DNA of 64,000 nucleotides from Escherichia coli (GTDB lineage Bacteria; Pseudomonadota; Gammaproteobacteria; Enterobacterales; Enterobacteriaceae): NCBI RefSeq assembly GCF_003018255.1, contig NZ_CP027440.1; one strand, 5' to 3'. Shown piece by piece: positions 58,264 to 64,000 of this stretch (position 1 is its first letter; each line of letters starts with the position of its first letter). The notes under the pieces were generated by a model. It saw only the letters and a program-made list of their open reading frames with translations, ran no database searches and was not told where the DNA came from. The position numbers and the translations under genes were made by a program.

Positions 58264-61038
58264 CAGTTAACGGCGGTGGTGTACCCGGACGGGCTGGAGA
58301 GCAGCCGGGCATATGATGAGCTGGACAGACTGGTATCGGAGACATCGCGCAGCGGGGAGACAGTACGCTACCGCTACGATGACGTGCACAGTGAGTTACC
58401 GGCGACGACAACGGATGCGACGGGCAGCACCCGGCAGATGACCTGGAGCCGCTACGGGCAGTTGCTGGCCTTCACCGACTGCTCGGGCTACCAGACCCGC
58501 TATGAATACGACCACTTTGGTCAGATGACGGCGGTCCATCGTGAGGAAGGCATCAGCACGTACAATACCTATAACCCGCGCGGCCAGCTGGTCAGCCGGA
58601 AAGACGCACAGGGCCGTGAAACGCGGTATGAATACAACGCCGCAGGCGACCTGACTGCCGTTATCACCCCGGACGGCAACCGGAGCGAGACACAGTACGA
58701 TGCGTGGGGAAAGGCGGTCAGCACCACGCAGGGCGGGCTGACGCGCAGTATGGAGTACGATGCTGCCGGACGTGTCATCAGCCTGACCAACGAGAACGGC
58801 AGTCACAGCGACTTCAGCTACGATACGCTTGACCGGCTGGTACAGCAGCGCGGCTTTGACGGGCGGACGCAACGTTATCATTATGACCTGACCGGAAAAC
58901 TCACGCAGAGTGAAGATGAGGGGCTTGTCATCCTCTGGTACTACGATGAATCGGACCGTATCACTCACCGCACGGTGAACGGCGAACCGGCAGAGCAGTG
59001 GCAGTATGATGGCCACGGCTGGCTGAGAGAAATCAGCCACCTGAGCGAAGGCCACCGTGTTGCCGTCCACTATGGCTACGACGATAAGGGCCGTCTGACC
59101 GGGGAGCGCCAGACGGTGGAGAACCCGGAGACGGGGGAACTGCTGTGGCAGCATGAGACGAAACAGGCATACAACGAACAGGGGCTGGCAAACCGCGTCA
59201 CGCCGGACAGCCTGCCGCCGGTGGAGTGGCTGGCCTATGGCAGCGGTTATCTGGCGGGCATGAAGCTGGGCGGGACGCCGCTGCTGGAGTACACGCGCGA
59301 CCGCCTGCACCGGGAGACGGTGCGCAGCTTCGGCAGCATGGCAGGCAATACAGCCGCATATGAACTGACCAGCACTTACACCCCCGCAGGCCAGTTACAG
59401 AGCCGGCACCTGAACAGCCTGGTGTTTGATTGTGACTATAACTGGAATGACAACGGCGACCTGATGCGCATCAGCGGCCCGCGACAGACGCGGGAATACG
59501 GCTACAGCGCCACGGGCAGGCTGGAGAGCGTGCGCACCCTCGCACCGGACCTGGACATCCGCATCCCGTATGCCACCGACCCGGCGGGCAACCGGCTGCC
59601 GGACCCGGAGCTGCACCCGGACAGTACACTCACAGTGTGGCCGGATAACCGAATCACCGAAGACGCGCACTACCTGTACCGTTACGATGAATACGGCAGG
59701 CTGGCGGAGAAGACGGACCGCATCCCGGCGGGTGTGATACGGACGGACGACGAGCGGACCCACCACTACCACTACGACAGCCAGCACCGCCTGGTGTTCT
59801 ATACGCGGATACAGCATGGCGAGCCACTGGTCGAGAGCCGCTACCTTTACGACCCGCTGGGCCGCCGGACGGGTAAACGGGTGTGGCGTCGCGGGCGTGA
59901 CCTGACAGGATGGATGTCGCTGTCGCGTAAACCGGAGGAGACGTGGTACGGGTGGGACGGCGACAGGCTGACGACGGTGCAGACTGACAGCACGCGTATC
60001 CAGACGGTGTACCAGCCGGGAAGCTTCACACCGCTCATCCGCATCGAAACAGACGTGACCGAACTGGAGAAAGCGCAGCGGCGGAGCCTGGCGGAGAAGC
60101 TCCAGCAGGAAGGGAGCGAGGACGGACACGGCGTGGTGTTCCCGGCTGAACTGGTGCGGCTGCTGGACAGGCTGGAGGAAGAAATCCGGACAGACCGCGT
60201 GAGCAGTGAAAGCCGGGCGTGGCTTGCGCAGTGCGGGCTGACGGTGGAGCAACTGGAAAAACAGGTGGAGCCGGAATATACACCGGCGCGAAAAGTTCAT
60301 CTTTACCACTGCGACCACCGGGGCCTGCCGCTGGCGCTTATCAGCGAAGACGGCAATACGGTGTGGAGCGCGGAGTATGATGAATGGGGAAACCTGCTTA
60401 ATGAGGAGAACCCGCATCATGTGTATCAGTCATACCGTCTGCCGGGGCAGCAGCATGATGAGGAGTCGGGGCTGTACTACAACCGGAACCGGTACTACAA
60501 TCCGTTGCTGGGACGATATATTACTCAGGACCCGATTGGGCTGGCGGGGGGATGGAGTCTGTATGCGTATCCGCTGAATCCGGTGAATGGTATTGATCCA
60601 TTAGGATTAAGTCCTGCAGATGTAGCGTTAATGCGAAAAAAAGAACAATTAAACCATCAAAGAGCATGGGATATATTATCTGATACTTATGATGATATGA
60701 AGAGATTAAATTTAGGTGGGACTGATCAATTTTTCCATTGTATGGCATTTTGTCGAGTGTCTAAATTAAATGACGCTGGTGTTAGCCGATCAGCGAAAGG
60801 GCTGGGTTATGAAAAAGAGATTAGAGATTACGGGTTAAATATGTTCGGTATGTACGGCAGAAAAGTAAAGTTATCCCATTCTGAGATGATTGAAGATAAT
60901 AAAAAAGACTTGGCTGTAAATGAACATGGGTTGACATGTCCATTAACACAAGATTGCTCAAATAGATGTATTGATTATATTAATCCAGAGCATAAAAAAA
61001 CGATAAAGGCTTTACAAGATGCTGGCTATCTCAAGTAA
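58264..61038 (+). pseudogene. rhsD: Rhs protein, C-terminal part (YD-repeat core, PxxxxDPxGL motif, variable C-terminal toxin domain 60610..61038)
   Basis: YD repeats (YRYD, YEYD...), motif [11 protein letters not shown] at 60580-60609, then abrupt drop to AT-rich sequence encoding a 143-aa tip. Confidence 0.85.
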
Positions 61039-61510
61039 CATCTCAAAGATGGTAATATTTATTTTTGCTATTATAATCGTTGTTTTTTTATGCGTGACTA
61101 CTTATCTTTATTTACACAAAGATGAATCTCTTGTAAGTAAGCATTACATAAACTATATGGCAATACCAGAAAGTGATGGGGTTTTTACATGGCTCCCAGA
61201 TTTTTTTCCGCACGTAGCGGTGGATATATCAATATCCACAAATGTAGAAGATGATTATTTTTTTTCTTATTTTTCCCTAACAATCGATGATGGGGGGAGG
61301 TTTAAGAAAACATTGACTGTGAGGGCCAGGGAACAAGTGGCGAAAATCGTATCAGAGAATGATCCAGATACAAAAAAAGTGTGGTGTAAATATGGTAAAA
61401 TACCAGGGCAAGGGGATAGCGTAAACCTTTTTTTTGTTGGTGAAATTAATGTTACGCATTATTTTATAACAAATATTGGAGCTGGGTTACCTGATGCTTG
61501 TGCAGAGTAA
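61019..61510 (+). CDS. Candidate Rhs immunity protein (163 aa; N-terminal hydrophobic helix)
   Basis: ORF overlaps the last 20 nt of the rhs toxin tip, is AT-rich like the tip, and occupies the position immunity genes take in Rhs modules. Confidence 0.55.
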   Translation: MLAISSNISKMVIFIFAIIIVVFLCVTTYLYLHKDESLVSKHYINYMAIPESDGVFTWLPDFFPHVAVDISISTNVEDDYFFSYFSLTIDDGGRFKKTLTVRAREQVAKIVSENDPDTKKVWCKYGKIPGQGDSVNLFFVGEINVTHYFITNIGAGLPDACAE

Positions 61511-61866
61511 TTGCTTGAATTAAGAGTCTATCCCATATCGAAGTCGTCAACTTCGTAGTGAGGAAAAGTATAATCCCTGACTGAGAAAAGACATGTCGGC
61601 TATTGTGTAAAGCCATATAGCTCAGACGATGAATATCTACTCGTATTCAGTTGTTTATTGAGGGTGAGTTCCGACCCTGAAACAACAAATAAAATGAACA
61701 GCCAGAGAGTTTACATAGAATTGCACTGGTCTTTTACGATATCTGACATTGTGTAATACATATTCAGCCATGCATTAATTAAAATGTTACGTGTTTAATG
61801 TGAGTCCCTATCTGAAAATAAATAATCCTTCCGGATTAAAATAAATTCTCGCCGGGAAAGAAAGAG

Positions 61867-61998
61867 GAAATAAACCATTAGCGGAAAACCAGCGGCACGC
61901 CAGGGTGACATGCCCCAGTACGGCGGCCCGATAGTCCAGGGTTCAGCGGGGGTACTGATAGTCGCGCCGACTGCATCGAGAACTCCATACAACTTTTT
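61867..61998 (+). pseudogene. Orphan rhs 5' remnant (start codon lost)
   Basis: attagcggaaaaccagcggcacgccagggtgacatgccccagtacggcggcccgatagtccagggttcagcggg parallels the rhs start at 55478 with ATG replaced by ATT, diverging after ~33 codons. Confidence 0.6.
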
Positions 61999-62024
61999 AC
62001 GGAACGTCACCTGATAAAATTTGT

Positions 62025-62432
62025 TCAGTATCGTCTTTTGAGATTCTCAAGGTTATGGAGTAACCAGACAGAACGGACACCACTGTCGGAGATAAAAACC
62101 CCCTGTTTACGCAGCTCGTTGCTGGCCCGGTGCTGACCATGTGTCGGGAAAGCGACGGCGTAATCAACAACAGCCTGTTCAATTGCCTCATCGGTACGGT
62201 TCTTAAGGTTAGGAGCGCGGCGACTACGATTAATCTGCGCATCCACACCGCCTTCAGCGGCCAGTTCGCGGTAACGATAAAACGTATCACGCGAAACGCC
62301 CATGATTTTACAGGCTTTTGATACGTTGCTGAGTTCTTCAGCCAGATTGAGCAAACCGGCTTTGTGTTTGATGACGGGATTGGCAGTATGAAGCATGAGA
62401 GTTACCTCTTGTTTTGGATAAGGATTCGACAC
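62025..62432 (-). pseudogene. ylbG: Truncated transposase-like HTH protein (ylbG-like fragment)
   Basis: 135-aa ORF with only an HTH N-terminal region (...SKACKIMGVSRDTFYRYRE...) and no catalytic domain; I recall a similar pseudogene at this locus in K-12. Confidence 0.55.
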
Positions 62433-62511
62433 TCATATCAAAACCGGTAACTCTCAACCTTTCAAGGCCATGTGTCAGATCAAGTCGCGACTAATACAAA
62501 TACGTCCCTCA

Positions 62512-63621
<1,110 letters not shown>

Positions 63622-63674
63622 TCAAATCAGCTTGCGCGCTATTTTACGCGCCAACGCGCAAGGAAACTTGATTT

Positions 63675-64000
63675 TTAACTGCGTGGGTTGCCGAAAATTT
63701 CTAAAAATCCGCTGATTTCCGGCCTGCGCTGGGTAAACAAGGTCACAATATCTTCTATCGCTTTGCCGCTGCCAAATTTGCGCCATGCCAGACTCAATGG
63801 TGAAGGAGGGCGCATCGTTGGGATTACCCGGCTGACCAGTTGTTGATTATCGATCATTGACTGGCAAAGTGATTTTGGCAAAAAACCAATGCCAACGCCC
63901 GCCAGATGGGCGGCGATTTTCGTTTCCATATCGGGAACAATAATCTCTTTTTGCCCCGGCAATCGCCAGGCGACGCGTTTGGTTAGTGTGCGGGCGCTGT
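63675..64000 (-). CDS. allS: LysR-family regulator AllS, 3' portion (5' end beyond window end)
   Basis: Minus-strand ORF open to the window edge; LysR-type C-terminal substrate-binding domain; position next to mnmH. Confidence 0.7.
   Translation of the reverse strand, partial: SARTLTKRVAWRLPGQKEIIVPDMETKIAAHLAGVGIGFLPKSLCQSMIDNQQLVSRVIPTMRPPSPLSLAWRKFGSGKAIEDIVTLFTQRRPEISGFLEIFGNPRS

Noticed and set aside
58396-60420. 304-aa and 341-aa minus-strand ORFs
   Set aside because: Antisense to the rhs core; Arg/Ala/Val-rich translation without domain features.
61795-62010. 71-aa minus-strand ORF
   Set aside because: Antisense to the rhs 5' remnant; no independent support.

Overview
This window is an Escherichia coli chromosomal segment collinear with the K-12 mdlB–glnK–amtB … acrAB–acrR … dnaX–recR–htpG–adk … copA–cueR … ybbP–rhs–mnmH–allS region. 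Gene identities were assigned by recognising the translated ORFs and known RNA/regulatory sequences from memory; no database search was run. Most of the window is conserved core genome (about 60 CDS, the ffs and chiX RNAs, REP elements, known operators, the dnaX frameshift site). Three parts depart from the K-12 layout and are where I would look for something new: (1) a ~3.3 kb insertion between cueR and ybbJ (43259–46620) carrying a small trimeric-autotransporter (YadA-like) gene with a lipoprotein and a small membrane protein downstream, a frameshifted unknown gene and a divergent unknown ORF; (2) an intact HigB/RelE-like toxin ORF directly upstream of ybaQ (HigA-like HTH protein), i.e. a candidate type II toxin–antitoxin pair; (3) the rhs locus, where the rhs gene is split by an IS2-like element flanked by an unusual 19-bp direct repeat and ends in an AT-rich C-terminal toxin tip with an overlapping candidate immunity gene, followed by an orphan rhs 5' remnant and a truncated transposase-like gene. 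The function of the cueR–ybbJ island and the activity of the Rhs toxin tip could not be determined from sequence alone.
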